In this document: positions 16,434 to 26,254 of the stretch, in pieces
Layout of the letters: every line of letters begins with the position of its first letter
How positions within the stretch are numbered: the stretch's first letter is position 1
Virus record (IMG/VR): IMGVR_UViG_3300030330_002767
Span: 1-32,331 of that record
DNA: 32,331 nt
DNA from: a virus
Taxonomy: Duplodnaviria; Caudoviricetes
Strand: one strand, 5' to 3'
Position numbers and translations under genes: made by a program
The notes under the pieces: model-generated
What the model was told of the DNA's origin: nothing
What the model saw: only the letters and a program-made list of their open reading frames with translations
Databases searched by the model: none

Positions 16434-17303
16434 CTAAAATTCATCAATGACTTCGATTAAAGTTTTAAGTTTTTTGTTTATAAAATAGCCTAGTATTTTA
16501 TCTCTAGTTGCCACTTTAACATCATTAAACTCATTATTAATTTTATCCTCAATCTTTTGAGGTATACAATTTAAATCAATTAGTTTTCGATTTCTATTGT
16601 AATTTTTGTTTTCTTCTTCGGTAAAATGAGTATAAAAAAATATATCATTCACCCAATTATTTAGTTTCTTTTTACTCAGAGGTTTTTGTCGTCTGCCTTC
16701 TACAAAGACATTATCATCTGAAAGTATATTTGGTATACCATCACTTCGATCACCTTTGAGTATATGTTCAATTAAATACTCAGCAGGGTTTTCACCCTTA
16801 CCTACATATTTATTCAAAACAGGATTGTATTGTTTAACATTTTCTTTATGTAATTGTATAAAATCTTTATCACCAGATAGTATCAATACTTTCTTTTCAT
16901 GAGTAGGACTTACAACTCTCTTTACTCTTTTAATTAAAGTAGCAATAATATCGTCTGCTTCACAAGTCTCTACTTCTATAACTTTATAAGGTAAAAATGT
17001 TTTAATCTCATTTTTAATCATGTGTAGAATATTAAATATTTCATCCCAATCGTGTTCAGACTTTTCACGATTTGCTTTTCGACCTGCTTTATAGTTAGGA
17101 AAGTATTCTCGTCTCCATACATTTTTACTATCACAGGCAATTACCATCTCGCCATATTCTTTTCTAAATTTTTTATTGTGAGCTCTGAGTGAATTAAGAA
17201 CCATGTGTCTAACAAGATCCTCTGATAGTGGTTCTGCGTTTCTACCATTTAGTTGAACCATCAAATTAGAAATCATTATTTGGTTAAGGTCTACGATAAT
17301 CAT
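16434..17303 (-). CDS. rnh: T4-type RNase H (5'-3' exonuclease)
   Basis: IIVDLNQ, WRREYFPNYKAGR, EADDIIA, ILSGDKDFIQL, GDRSDGIPN. Confidence 0.95.
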   Translation of the reverse strand: MIIVDLNQIMISNLMVQLNGRNAEPLSEDLVRHMVLNSLRAHNKKFRKEYGEMVIACDSKNVWRREYFPNYKAGRKANREKSEHDWDEIFNILHMIKNEIKTFLPYKVIEVETCEADDIIATLIKRVKRVVSPTHEKKVLILSGDKDFIQLHKENVKQYNPVLNKYVGKGENPAEYLIEHILKGDRSDGIPNILSDDNVFVEGRRQKPLSKKKLNNWVNDIFFYTHFTEEENKNYNRNRKLIDLNCIPQKIEDKINNEFNDVKVATRDKILGYFINKKLKTLIEVIDEF

Positions 17304-17309
17304 AATATT

Positions 17310-17338
17310 ATTATATCAGTTTGTATTGGTAAAGTCAA
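17310..17338 (-). promoter_or_regulatory. Sigma70-type promoter (leaderless geometry)
   Basis: TTGACT-N17-TATAAT-N6-ATG(17303). Confidence 0.8.
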
Positions 17339-17341
17339 GCA

Positions 17342-17767
17342 CTAATCCAAATTCATATCAGGATCAAACTCTATCTTTATTTCTTCTTCTTTTTCAACAT
17401 TCTCTTTGAGTGGTTTTTTACAACTCACTCTACTGTAATTTATATTTGTAAGTTTTCTACCATCTGGTAGATGATGTAATTTAACAATTGCGTCTGTGAT
17501 GGCGTGCATTTGGTGTTCATGACCAAAGTCTCTTTTCATTAATGATTTAATTGATTCTATAACCATTGCTAAGTCTCTTAGAAAAATATGGCTTTTTGTA
17601 TCAACAACATTATCTTGTAACACATGAATAATATCTAAAGTTAATTGCTCAGTTGTTTGCTCTATAAATTTATGTTGTCTCATTTGTAGTGCCTGTTCCT
17701 CTGTTATATCAGGATTAGGTCTATTGTAAACAACTCTATTAGCAGGAAAGTTAATTAATTTGCCCAT
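17342..17767 (-). CDS. Hypothetical protein
   Basis: MGKLINFP start; packed, with TAATG coupling. Confidence 0.75.
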   Translation of the reverse strand: MGKLINFPANRVVYNRPNPDITEEQALQMRQHKFIEQTTEQLTLDIIHVLQDNVVDTKSHIFLRDLAMVIESIKSLMKRDFGHEHQMHAITDAIVKLHHLPDGRKLTNINYSRVSCKKPLKENVEKEEEIKIEFDPDMNLD

Positions 17768-17946
17768 TACTTTTTTCTACCTTCAATTAAATCTACTAAC
17801 TCTTTGGCGGGTGATTTACCATCTCTCATTTCTTTCCAAGCTTTAGAAACACCATAACTTATTTTCATAACTTTTTCTTCTTCTGCCCAATACTCGTCAA
17901 AAGATTTTTCTATCTTTTTCTTTTTTGTAGTTCTCTTTTGATCCAT
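17767..17946 (-). CDS. 59-aa hypothetical protein
   Basis: Manual: MDQKRTTKKKKIEKSFDEYWAEEEK...; fills the gap. Confidence 0.5.
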   Translation of the reverse strand: MDQKRTTKKKKIEKSFDEYWAEEEKVMKISYGVSKAWKEMRDGKSPAKELVDLIEGRKK

Positions 17947-18587
17947 GATACTGCCTGATATGATGTTGGTTTTCTGTTTATCATTCTTCTTATTGCTTTG
18001 TGAACACTAGGATTTACATCCTCAGCAACTTTATTATTGTCAACAATGATAAAATTATTTGTGCCAAATACTCTTTGTAATTTACCTATGTTTTGTTGAA
18101 TTTGTTTATGACTACTAATTACGATTGCATCTGGTAGTTTTCTGGCTCTCATTTGATTTCTTTTAAGAGCAACTTCTAAACTTGTATTTACAAAAACCAT
18201 ATAGACATCATAGCCTATTTGTTTCATTGTATTTGCTTCGTCTGATATTCTAGATACATCTCTTGCTGTACTATCTAATATCAAACCTAGTCGACCCTCT
18301 AGTGCTAATTTTAATTGTGTGCCTGTTCTTGCTTTTGCTTTTGCTCTGATTTCATCTCGTCTCTTGATCTCTTTTTCATCATAATTAGCAAAGTTTAGGG
18401 ACATCTTTTCTTTGTTCAATGCTCTTGCGAATACACTATCACTATTAATAACTTTTAAACCCATACCTGATAACGCTCTTTCAGATACCCATGATTTACC
18501 AGAACCAGGTCCGCCTGCTAGAAAAAATGCTTTGAATATATTAGGGTCGTAAACACCTTCAGAAATGTAGTCTTGAAAGTTTCTCAT
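17910..18587 (-). CDS. P-loop kinase (zeta-toxin/AAA_33-like)
   Basis: Walker A LAGGPGSGKS, INSD, LILDST, MVFVNTSLEVALKRN..R.R; late TAAATA just upstream. Confidence 0.82.
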   Translation of the reverse strand: MRNFQDYISEGVYDPNIFKAFFLAGGPGSGKSWVSERALSGMGLKVINSDSVFARALNKEKMSLNFANYDEKEIKRRDEIRAKAKARTGTQLKLALEGRLGLILDSTARDVSRISDEANTMKQIGYDVYMVFVNTSLEVALKRNQMRARKLPDAIVISSHKQIQQNIGKLQRVFGTNNFIIVDNNKVAEDVNPSVHKAIRRMINRKPTSYQAVSWIKRELQKRKR

Positions 18588-18595
18588 ACTGCTAT

Positions 18596-18865
18596 TTATG
18601 TTTTTTGCTGTATCTTTTCACCCTTGAAGTTTATTTTACCCTCATTTATAAAGTGTTCTTTTAATTCATTATATCCACCAATATGTTTATCATTCATAAT
18701 AATTTGAGGTATAGTTCTTACTTGTTTACCTAAAACTTCAAATAATTCTTCGACAGATAAATCTTTAGAAACAACTTTTTCTTCGTAATCTAAACCAAGA
18801 TTTTTCAAAAGATATTTAGCTTTTTCACAATATGTACAGTTTGGTTTACTATAAATCGTAATCAT
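18596..18865 (-). CDS. nrdC: Glutaredoxin
   Basis: CTYC active site, TIPQI, IGGY. Confidence 0.9.
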   Translation of the reverse strand: MITIYSKPNCTYCEKAKYLLKNLGLDYEEKVVSKDLSVEELFEVLGKQVRTIPQIIMNDKHIGGYNELKEHFINEGKINFKGEKIQQKT

Positions 18866-18868
18866 ATT

Positions 18869-18951
18869 TTATCCTCCAAAAGCATATGTTGCTATTAGTA
18901 TTAATGTTATTAATAATAGTGTTGAGTATATAAATGGTTTAAATGGATCTA

Positions 18952-18955
<4 letters not shown>
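18869..18955 (-). CDS. 28-aa TM peptide
   Basis: Manual: MIDPFKPFIYSTLLLITLILIATYAFGG*; ATGA overlap with the upstream CDS. Confidence 0.45.
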
Positions 18956-19343
<388 letters not shown>

Positions 19344-19344
<1 letters not shown>

Positions 19345-19664
19345 TATTTGCAATCCTTATTTTTGTATTCGTCTGATTGTAAGGCACATTTATAATCTTT
19401 ATCTGCCTGTAATCTTAACTCTGCTGAGATACTATCTAATATACTAGGCATATTCTTAAATATTACATCAATAATATCTAATGACATACCATGTATCAAT
19501 CTTTGTGTCTCTGAATTAAGTATTTCACTATAATCCATATCTGTGCCTTTTAGTGTCTCTGTAATTATATGAGCACCTGTGGCAGTATTGTAATCGTTTG
19601 CATTTGTTTTAAATGAAAACGAACAACCTACTAAAATAAAACTTAATAATAATATTTTTTTCAT
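19344..19664 (-). CDS. Hypothetical exported protein
   Basis: Signal peptide MKKILLLSFILVGC. Confidence 0.7.
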
Positions 19665-19679
19665 ATGTCTTTACTATTC

Positions 19680-19708
19680 ATTATACTACAAATCAATAAA
19701 ATAGTCAA
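19680..19708 (-). promoter_or_regulatory. Sigma70-type promoter
   Basis: TTGACT-N17-TATAAT. Confidence 0.8.
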
Positions 19709-20091
19709 GCACTCTTTACCGATTGTTCTTTTTTAAAATCTTTTAATAACATAAATGGTATATTTTGACCGTAATCGTGATAATAACTTGAATCGGCATA
19801 TGGTGTTTCATGTAAATCATACACATCACTATAGGTCTTATAATATTCTTCATCATCACAAATAAAAACTTCGGACATATGAAACTGTTTTGGATCAGTT
19901 TTGAAATCTCTTTTTGCCTCATAGTCTGCATAAACTTGATCGGCATTCTCTTTGAGAGAAGGTATAGCGTCTTTCATTTTGAAGAGCTCAGAATATGGCA
20001 CATTTCTGTAAATAGTCCATGAATTATCAAAAGTACCATTACCATCTTCGTAATCCCAATAATGTCTAGAGTAAACTACATGAAATGCCAT
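19705..20091 (-). CDS. Hypothetical protein (Tyr/Asp-rich)
   Basis: Probable start MAFH at 20091 (TAATG coupling). Confidence 0.7.
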   Translation of the reverse strand: MAFHVVYSRHYWDYEDGNGTFDNSWTIYRNVPYSELFKMKDAIPSLKENADQVYADYEAKRDFKTDPKQFHMSEVFICDDEEYYKTYSDVYDLHETPYADSSYYHDYGQNIPFMLLKDFKKEQSVKSA

Positions 20092-20258
20092 TATGCGTAC
20101 CACCAATCATAAAATCTAACATCTAATTTAGATTGTAATCTTCTAGCTTTTTTGCCAGACTTTTTAATTTGTTTTAAAACTGTATTTCTTGATTTAGGGG
20201 TCAAGACATCAAATTTAGCGTCTCGACCTTTCTGTGTTTTTGTATTAGATAATTTCAT
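20091..20258 (-). CDS. Small basic hypothetical protein
   Basis: Probable start MKLSNTK at 20258. Confidence 0.6.
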   Translation of the reverse strand: MKLSNTKTQKGRDAKFDVLTPKSRNTVLKQIKKSGKKARRLQSKLDVRFYDWWYA

Positions 20259-20259
20259 A

Positions 20260-20523
20260 TTAAAACATATGTGGAGACATTCTCTCCACATCTTCAATTG
20301 CAGTTTCTAGAGAGATCAAACCCTCTGCGTTAAAAACACATCTAGGTTGACCAATGTTAAGACCCACTAACTCATAGTGAAAAATCTTAATCTCAGAACA
20401 AGTATAAGCATTAAGAAGTTTATCTTTATAGCCTACACATTCTTTGTAGTCATAGGTAGAATGAGTATGCCACTCGCCGTCATGGGTTTTGAACACCATT
20501 TTCCATTTTTCTTTATGTTTCAT
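20260..20523 (-). CDS. Hypothetical protein
   Basis: First gene after the promoter at 20530-20558. Confidence 0.65.
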   Translation of the reverse strand: MKHKEKWKMVFKTHDGEWHTHSTYDYKECVGYKDKLLNAYTCSEIKIFHYELVGLNIGQPRCVFNAEGLISLETAIEDVERMSPHMF

Positions 20524-20529
20524 ATCTAT

Positions 20530-20558
20530 AATATATCAGAGATTTGGTCATATTGCAA
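20530..20558 (-). promoter_or_regulatory. Sigma70-type promoter (leaderless geometry)
   Basis: TTGCAA-N17-TATATT-N6-ATG(20523). Confidence 0.6.
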
Positions 20559-20686
20559 GCATTATTCCATAAAAAAATGGTCTAAAAAAGTCAATAAAAT
20601 CAAGGGTTTTTGAGGGTATTTAGATTTGTTTCAGTATGTGAAACACTTTTGAGACACCTAGGGCGTGAAATTGATACAGTTTTGTT

Positions 20687-20815
20687 CTACTTTTGTTCTT
20701 TATGCCAATCACTCAATCTGCCTCTAAAATAGTGTTTTGAGGGTTCATATCTATTAGATACATTATCATACCACCACTTTGAAACAGCGTGAAGCATATT
20801 TCTTACTTGTGCCAT
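20687..20815 (-). CDS. 42-aa small protein
   Basis: Manual: MAQVRNMLHAVSKWWYDNVSNRYEPSKHYFRGRLSDWHKEQK*; TAAATA at 20898-20903 upstream. Confidence 0.55.
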   Translation of the reverse strand: MAQVRNMLHAVSKWWYDNVSNRYEPSKHYFRGRLSDWHKEQK

Positions 20816-20922
20816 TTTTCACGCCTTAGTGTTTTGAAGTTTGAGATATCAAATCAAATTTCGGAGCAAGTAAAGCTATTTTAGCATTACTTAATCCTAT
20901 TTAGACAAATTAAATTTTTGAC

Positions 20923-21282
20923 TTAATCCTTGTTGGTGACATCATGAGTCCAGTCTTGATAGATTTGAACAAAGTGTTCAGCGTCAAGAACGACTAATGC
21001 TTTCTGATTATTTTTTTTCATGACTACAAGAGGCTCATAGTCTTTTGAATTTTCTTTTGCTTGTTTATATGCTTCCCATACATTTAACTTTTCAACATTT
21101 TTACACTCAATACTGTATGGAAAAGCTACTCTTGCGGCTCTGGCCATGATAAGATCCTCACCACCAGCACCCATTGATCTACTTTCGATATCTTCTGGAT
21201 GTATATTTAATTTTTCAATGAGTAATTTTCTAAACTCTTGTTGTAATCTACGGCCTTTTGCTTTTGCTGATTGTGGTCTCAT
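20923..21282 (-). CDS. PD-(D/E)XK endonuclease, Holliday junction resolvase-like
   Basis: KAKGRRLQ, SMGAGGEDL, SIECKN..KLNVW.AY.QA, PLVVMKKN. Confidence 0.75.
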   Translation of the reverse strand: MRPQSAKAKGRRLQQEFRKLLIEKLNIHPEDIESRSMGAGGEDLIMARAARVAFPYSIECKNVEKLNVWEAYKQAKENSKDYEPLVVMKKNNQKALVVLDAEHFVQIYQDWTHDVTNKD

Positions 21283-21602
21283 ATTAAATGTGCTACTAGT
21301 CCATCATATTCTGATGTTAGTTCAATCTGACAAGATAATCTACTAACATTTTCTTTATATTTTTCTTCATACTCTAATAAGTCTATTTCTGGTAAATCTA
21401 CATTGATAGGTTCAATTATAGATTTCCATGGTTCTTCTATGTAAACATGACAAGTGCCACAGGCACAAGCCCCACCACAGTCAGCAGATATTTCAGGTAT
21501 ACTATCATTTGAAAAAAACTTTGCAGCTTCCATAAGAGTGTTACCTTCTTCTACTTCTACTGGTATTTTTTTACCATCTCTGACGAAATAGACTGTAATC
21601 AT
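21279..21602 (-). CDS. fdx: 2Fe-2S ferredoxin (adrenodoxin/ISC type)
   Basis: CGGACACGTCHV...SRLSCQ. Confidence 0.92.
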   Translation of the reverse strand: MITVYFVRDGKKIPVEVEEGNTLMEAAKFFSNDSIPEISADCGGACACGTCHVYIEEPWKSIIEPINVDLPEIDLLEYEEKYKENVSRLSCQIELTSEYDGLVAHLI

Positions 21603-21775
21603 TAATCTTCTTCATCCCAATTTACTGCATCCATATCCTCATCTATATCTTCATGTTCTTCTCCACAGAATGGACAAAACTGTTCGATATAATCATCTTC
21701 TGGCAAATCATGCTTTACAATGTATTGTGCCGAACAGTTGTCGCATACCGTTTTCATATTCGGGTTTGGTGTCAT
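21602..21775 (-). CDS. 57-aa zinc-ribbon protein with acidic tail
   Basis: Manual: MTPNPNMKTVCDNC...FCPFCGEEHEDIDEDMDAVNWDEED*; coupled to nrdB and fdx. Confidence 0.75.
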   Translation of the reverse strand: MTPNPNMKTVCDNCSAQYIVKHDLPEDDYIEQFCPFCGEEHEDIDEDMDAVNWDEED

Positions 21776-22869
21776 AACTTAAATCCTTTAAAAGTTTCTT
21801 TTTCGACATCTTGTTTTATGCCACCCACGACATAACTTTCAATCTCAGTCTCTTGTGGTGCATTTTGCAACCCACGACTATTTAACCAATGTTGAGTCCA
21901 AGGCAATGGATTGTTATTAGAAGGTTGATCGTAAGGACCTTTTAGACCTATTGCCTTCATTCTTTTATTTGCCATAAACTCCACATACTGATTTAATAGT
22001 GTATCATTTAGACCTATCATAGAACCATCTTTGAACAAAAACTTTGCCCAATCTTTTTCTTGTTGAACAGCTGTATCATACATATCGTAAACTTGTTGTT
22101 CAGTTTCTTTGATAATATCTAACATTTGTTTATCATCTTCACTTCTTTTATAATTGTTTATGATGTTTTGTGATACTGCAAGGTGTAAGTTTTCATCTCT
22201 TGCAATCAAAGATATAATCTTAGCAGAACCTTCCATAAGTTTAAGTTCACCAAAAGCAAATGAACAAGCAAAAGATACATAAAATCTAATACCTTCAAGT
22301 ATGTTTACATTCACTAGTGTTAGATATAAAAGTCTCTTTAATTCTTTTTCACTACCTGTGCCATCTAAATGATACTTGTGAGCATAAGTTATAAACTTAT
22401 CATATGCTTCTGTTACAGTTCTTGCTCTATCCATAATCTCTGGTGTTTCAATAATCGTATCTAAAACAGCAGTAGGATCAGGATAAACATTTTTCATGAT
22501 GTAAGTATATGAACGACTGTGTATTGTCTCACTAAAATCCCATGCAACTAACATAGATTCTAATTCAGGTAAACTACAAAATGGTAGAAACGCAAGACAC
22601 GGTCCTCTACCTTGCACACTATCTAATAATGTTTGATATTTTAAATTAGATGTAAAGATGTGTTTCTGTTCATCTGATAGTTGTTGAAAATCGTTTCTAT
22701 CTTTTTGTAAAGATACTTCTTCTGGTCGCCAAAAGAAACCTAATTGTTGTTGATTTAATTTTTCAAAGATAGGATATTTTTGTTGATCGAATCTTTGTGT
22801 ATTTGGTTCTTCACCAAAAAACATTGGTTGTTTTAACCAATCTACTTTTTCTGTATTAAATGTTTTCAT
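21772..22869 (-). CDS. nrdB: Ribonucleotide reductase class Ia beta subunit
   Basis: FFWRPEEV, QTLLDSVQGR, ETIHSRSY, LEGIRFYVSF, IARDENLH, APQETE. Confidence 0.98.
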   Translation of the reverse strand: MKTFNTEKVDWLKQPMFFGEEPNTQRFDQQKYPIFEKLNQQQLGFFWRPEEVSLQKDRNDFQQLSDEQKHIFTSNLKYQTLLDSVQGRGPCLAFLPFCSLPELESMLVAWDFSETIHSRSYTYIMKNVYPDPTAVLDTIIETPEIMDRARTVTEAYDKFITYAHKYHLDGTGSEKELKRLLYLTLVNVNILEGIRFYVSFACSFAFGELKLMEGSAKIISLIARDENLHLAVSQNIINNYKRSEDDKQMLDIIKETEQQVYDMYDTAVQQEKDWAKFLFKDGSMIGLNDTLLNQYVEFMANKRMKAIGLKGPYDQPSNNNPLPWTQHWLNSRGLQNAPQETEIESYVVGGIKQDVEKETFKGFKL

Positions 22870-25197
22870 TTATATTGTACAAGCCTCACACTCTTCCTCT
22901 GGCATATCAGCAGGTATTTTAATCTCACTAGTCTCTTTCACATCATCATGCCAACCAACAGAATGTGTAGGTTCTTCTACATCTTGTTTTGCATCATATG
23001 TGTTTTGATAGTATGATGTTTTCCATCCTAACTTATATGTCGTTAATAAATCGTTTGCCATAACTGAAACAGGCACCTCGCCGTCAGTATATTGTTCTGG
23101 ATTATAACTCCAGTTTCCACTAATCGCCTGGTCAAAATACTTTTGCATAACTGAAATAGTATTTATGTAACCTTCATTACCTTGCATATCCCATAACAAT
23201 GTGTAGAAATTTTTTAGTCTATTGTAATCAGGAACTATTTGTTTTAGTGTTCCTTTCTTACTCTTTTTGATTGATAAGAAATCTCTAGGTGGTTCAACAC
23301 CATTTGTAGCATTAGAAACAACTGAACTACTCTCTGAAGGCATTTGAGCCGACAATGTTGAATGTCTAAGTCCATATTTCTTAATATCATTTCTTAATTT
23401 AGACCAATCATAACTTAACTTTCTTTTGACTATATCGTCAACATCTTTTTTATATGAATCAACAGGTAGAATACCATCACTATATTTTGTTCTATCAAAG
23501 TATTCACAAGCACCTCTTTCTTCTGCTAAATTATTACTTGCTTTTAGTAAATAATACTGAAATGCTTCTGTGATTTCATCAACTAATTTCCATGCTTCTT
23601 TATCACTATACTTAACTTTATTTTTTGCAAGATAGTGAGCAAGACCTATATAACCGATACCTAGACTTCTTCTTGCAAGTGTAGATTTCTTTGCAGCTTC
23701 TACTGGATATTCTTGATAGTCTATGATTTCTTCTAATGCTCTTACAGATAAATCACATAAATCTTCTAAGTCTTTTTTATCTCTTATCATACCTAGATTA
23801 ATAGCAGATAAAATACATAAGGCAATCTCACCATTAGGATCATCTATGTGTTGAACAGGTTTAGTAGGTAGTGTAATTTCTTGACATAGATTAGACATAT
23901 AAACTTTATCTTTGAAAGATGAATGAGTATTACAATGATCTATGTTCATGATATAGATACGACCTGTCTCTGCTCTTTCTTTAAGTAAATCCATAAACAA
24001 AGTTTGAGCTCTTATTTTCTTTTTACTGATAGATGTTTTTCTCTCATACTTTTCATACATCTCATCAAACTCTGGCATACCAAATGCTTCATATAAACCT
24101 GGTGTTTCATGTGGTGAAAATAAAGTTATATCTTCATCTTTAATAAATCTTTCGTAGAATAGTTTAGATATTTGTATAGAATAGTCTAACTTTCTAACTC
24201 TATTATCATCTGTGCCTTTGTTGTTTTTAAGAACTAGTATATCCTCTATTTCTTGATGCCAGATTGGGAAGTGTACTGTGGCTGATCCCCCTCTAACTCC
24301 GTTTTGTGTGCAACACCTAACTGTTGCTTCAAATTTTTTAAGGAAAGGAATGACACCAGTATGTTGTATCTCACCTCCACGAATCTTCGAATTGATTCCC
24401 CTAATTCTGCCAGCATTAATTCCGATCCCGGCTCTTTGGGCAACATAGCGGCCAATAGCCATATCGGAGCTAAAAATGCTAGGAAGAGTATCATCAGAAT
24501 CAACCAATACACAACTCGCAAACTGCCTAAGAGGAGTACGAACACCAGCCATAACAGGCGTGGGAATATTAATTTTAAATTTACTGATTGCGTCATAGTA
24601 TTTTTTGACATATTGTAATCTACTTTCTTTTGGATATTTTGCAAACAATGTTGCTGATATCATCATATACATAAATTGTGGTGTTTCAAATATTTCACCT
24701 GTGCTTCTATCTTGAACTAGATATTTATCCATGACCTGTCTAAGGCCTGCATAGGTAAAACTATAATCTCTTTCATGGTCAATCCACATACCCATTCTAT
24801 CAATCTCTGCTTCTGTATAATTATCTAATATACCTTTATCGTATAAACCTAGATCAACTAATTTTTTAATGTGTGTAAGAAACTTAGGGTGTTCCCATAG
24901 TCTGTGATGTAAAGATTTTCTTAAACTGAATAGTAATAATCTAGCGGCAACATATTGATAATTAGGACTTTCTAAACTAATTAAATCATTTGCTGACTTA
25001 ATTAATATTTGTTGTATATCATCAGTTGATATGCCATCAAAAAATTGTAAACCACTATTCATCTCAACATGAGAAGCACTAACACCTGTAATACCCTCTG
25101 TTGCAAACCCAACCATTGAGTGAATCTTATCTATATCTAGGGACTCTTTGCCCCTCCCGTTTCTTTTAATTACATTAATTGTTTCGTTAGAGACCAT
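22870..25197 (-). CDS. nrdA: Ribonucleotide reductase class Ia alpha subunit
   Basis: ATP cone VIKRNG, PTPVMAG.RT...FASCVL, SNLCQEI, MPSESSS, C-terminal CEAC. Confidence 0.98.
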   Translation of the reverse strand: MVSNETINVIKRNGRGKESLDIDKIHSMVGFATEGITGVSASHVEMNSGLQFFDGISTDDIQQILIKSANDLISLESPNYQYVAARLLLFSLRKSLHHRLWEHPKFLTHIKKLVDLGLYDKGILDNYTEAEIDRMGMWIDHERDYSFTYAGLRQVMDKYLVQDRSTGEIFETPQFMYMMISATLFAKYPKESRLQYVKKYYDAISKFKINIPTPVMAGVRTPLRQFASCVLVDSDDTLPSIFSSDMAIGRYVAQRAGIGINAGRIRGINSKIRGGEIQHTGVIPFLKKFEATVRCCTQNGVRGGSATVHFPIWHQEIEDILVLKNNKGTDDNRVRKLDYSIQISKLFYERFIKDEDITLFSPHETPGLYEAFGMPEFDEMYEKYERKTSISKKKIRAQTLFMDLLKERAETGRIYIMNIDHCNTHSSFKDKVYMSNLCQEITLPTKPVQHIDDPNGEIALCILSAINLGMIRDKKDLEDLCDLSVRALEEIIDYQEYPVEAAKKSTLARRSLGIGYIGLAHYLAKNKVKYSDKEAWKLVDEITEAFQYYLLKASNNLAEERGACEYFDRTKYSDGILPVDSYKKDVDDIVKRKLSYDWSKLRNDIKKYGLRHSTLSAQMPSESSSVVSNATNGVEPPRDFLSIKKSKKGTLKQIVPDYNRLKNFYTLLWDMQGNEGYINTISVMQKYFDQAISGNWSYNPEQYTDGEVPVSVMANDLLTTYKLGWKTSYYQNTYDAKQDVEEPTHSVGWHDDVKETSEIKIPADMPEEECEACTI

Positions 25198-25201
25198 GTG
25201 C

Positions 25202-26215
25202 CTAAATACCTTTCCAGTTGTTAATATGTTGTAGTGCTGTTAAACCGCAATATGTGTTATTACTTATAATAGTTTCAACTTCTGCTGAGGTTTTTCCTGT
25301 TATAATCATATCATTAATATCTTTATTTTTCAATGTCTTTGGCCATACAACCAAATTAAATTTTTTATCAACAGCCTTTATCATGCGATTAACTATCTCT
25401 TTGTTTCTAGGCTCATTATCAAATATCATTGTGCATTGTTCGTGGTTAATTTTTATATCTGCGTCAGCACCTGCAAGTGCGACAGCATTGTCTAAGAATA
25501 AACTATCAATAGGACCCTCAGTAATTTTTACAGGTTTATTTAAATCTAATTTATCTATGCCATATATTTTTTGTTTTGTTTCATCAAACTTGATAGTTAT
25601 ATATTTAGGTAGTTCTTTACCAAATGCACGACCTTGAAAAGCAAAAAACTTACCCTCTCTATCAAAGAAAGGTATCACTACTCTAGGATGATCGTCTCTT
25701 AAACTAGGAAACTTATTTGGTACTATACTGTTAGTCCATTCATAAAATTTAGGACAAAAGTAAAACTTATCCCAATGTTCTTTGGGTATGAATCTTTTAT
25801 AAACAAATTGTTTTGCAGGATGTGTTGTAACTAATTTATCAAAACGAACTAAGTCATCTAATGCCTTGTCATATCTAGTTTTCTTTTTTAAAATTTTAGA
25901 TGGTGTAAAATCAAACTCTGGTTTTTCTTCTTGTGTTTTACCATCTTTAAATCTCTCAAAGATATATTCTTTGTGCATTGTAGGATCTAGAAATTTAATT
26001 AAATTACCTAATGTCTGACCCATGCCACAATTATGACATTTGAAAAACATATCTGATTTTTTACGATAAACAAAGCCTCTTGCTTTTGTAGATGATTTTT
26101 TAGAATCACCACAATGAGGACATCTAAAATTATAGAGAAAGTCTGATTTTCTTTTAAATTTTTCTAGTCTTGTAGATAATAGATTGAGAAACTTTATATC
26201 AATATATGATGACAT
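25202..26215 (-). CDS. 61: gp61-like DNA primase
   Basis: NFRCPHCGDS...CHNC zinc finger, FQGRAF, TOPRIM EGPIDSLF, FDNEPRN, KDINDM; ATG at 26215. Confidence 0.95.
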   Translation of the reverse strand: MSSYIDIKFLNLLSTRLEKFKRKSDFLYNFRCPHCGDSKKSSTKARGFVYRKKSDMFFKCHNCGMGQTLGNLIKFLDPTMHKEYIFERFKDGKTQEEKPEFDFTPSKILKKKTRYDKALDDLVRFDKLVTTHPAKQFVYKRFIPKEHWDKFYFCPKFYEWTNSIVPNKFPSLRDDHPRVVIPFFDREGKFFAFQGRAFGKELPKYITIKFDETKQKIYGIDKLDLNKPVKITEGPIDSLFLDNAVALAGADADIKINHEQCTMIFDNEPRNKEIVNRMIKAVDKKFNLVVWPKTLKNKDINDMIITGKTSAEVETIISNNTYCGLTALQHINNWKGI

Positions 26216-26221
26216 GAACAC

Positions 26222-26250
26222 ATTATATCATTATGTAATGGTAAAGTCAA
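26222..26250 (-). promoter_or_regulatory. Sigma70-type promoter (leaderless geometry)
   Basis: TTGACT-N17-TATAAT-N6-ATG(26215). Confidence 0.8.
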
Positions 26251-26254
26251 GCGA

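Noticed and set aside
17910-18587. Epsilon/zeta toxin-antitoxin pair
   Set aside because: No antitoxin-like neighbour; the upstream gene is a glutaredoxin.
24246-24644. 132-aa and 104-aa ORFs overlapping nrdA as real genes
   Set aside because: No RBS or motif support; they are explainable by locally higher GC.
21772-25197. Introns or inteins in nrdA/nrdB
   Set aside because: Both frames are continuous and of normal length.
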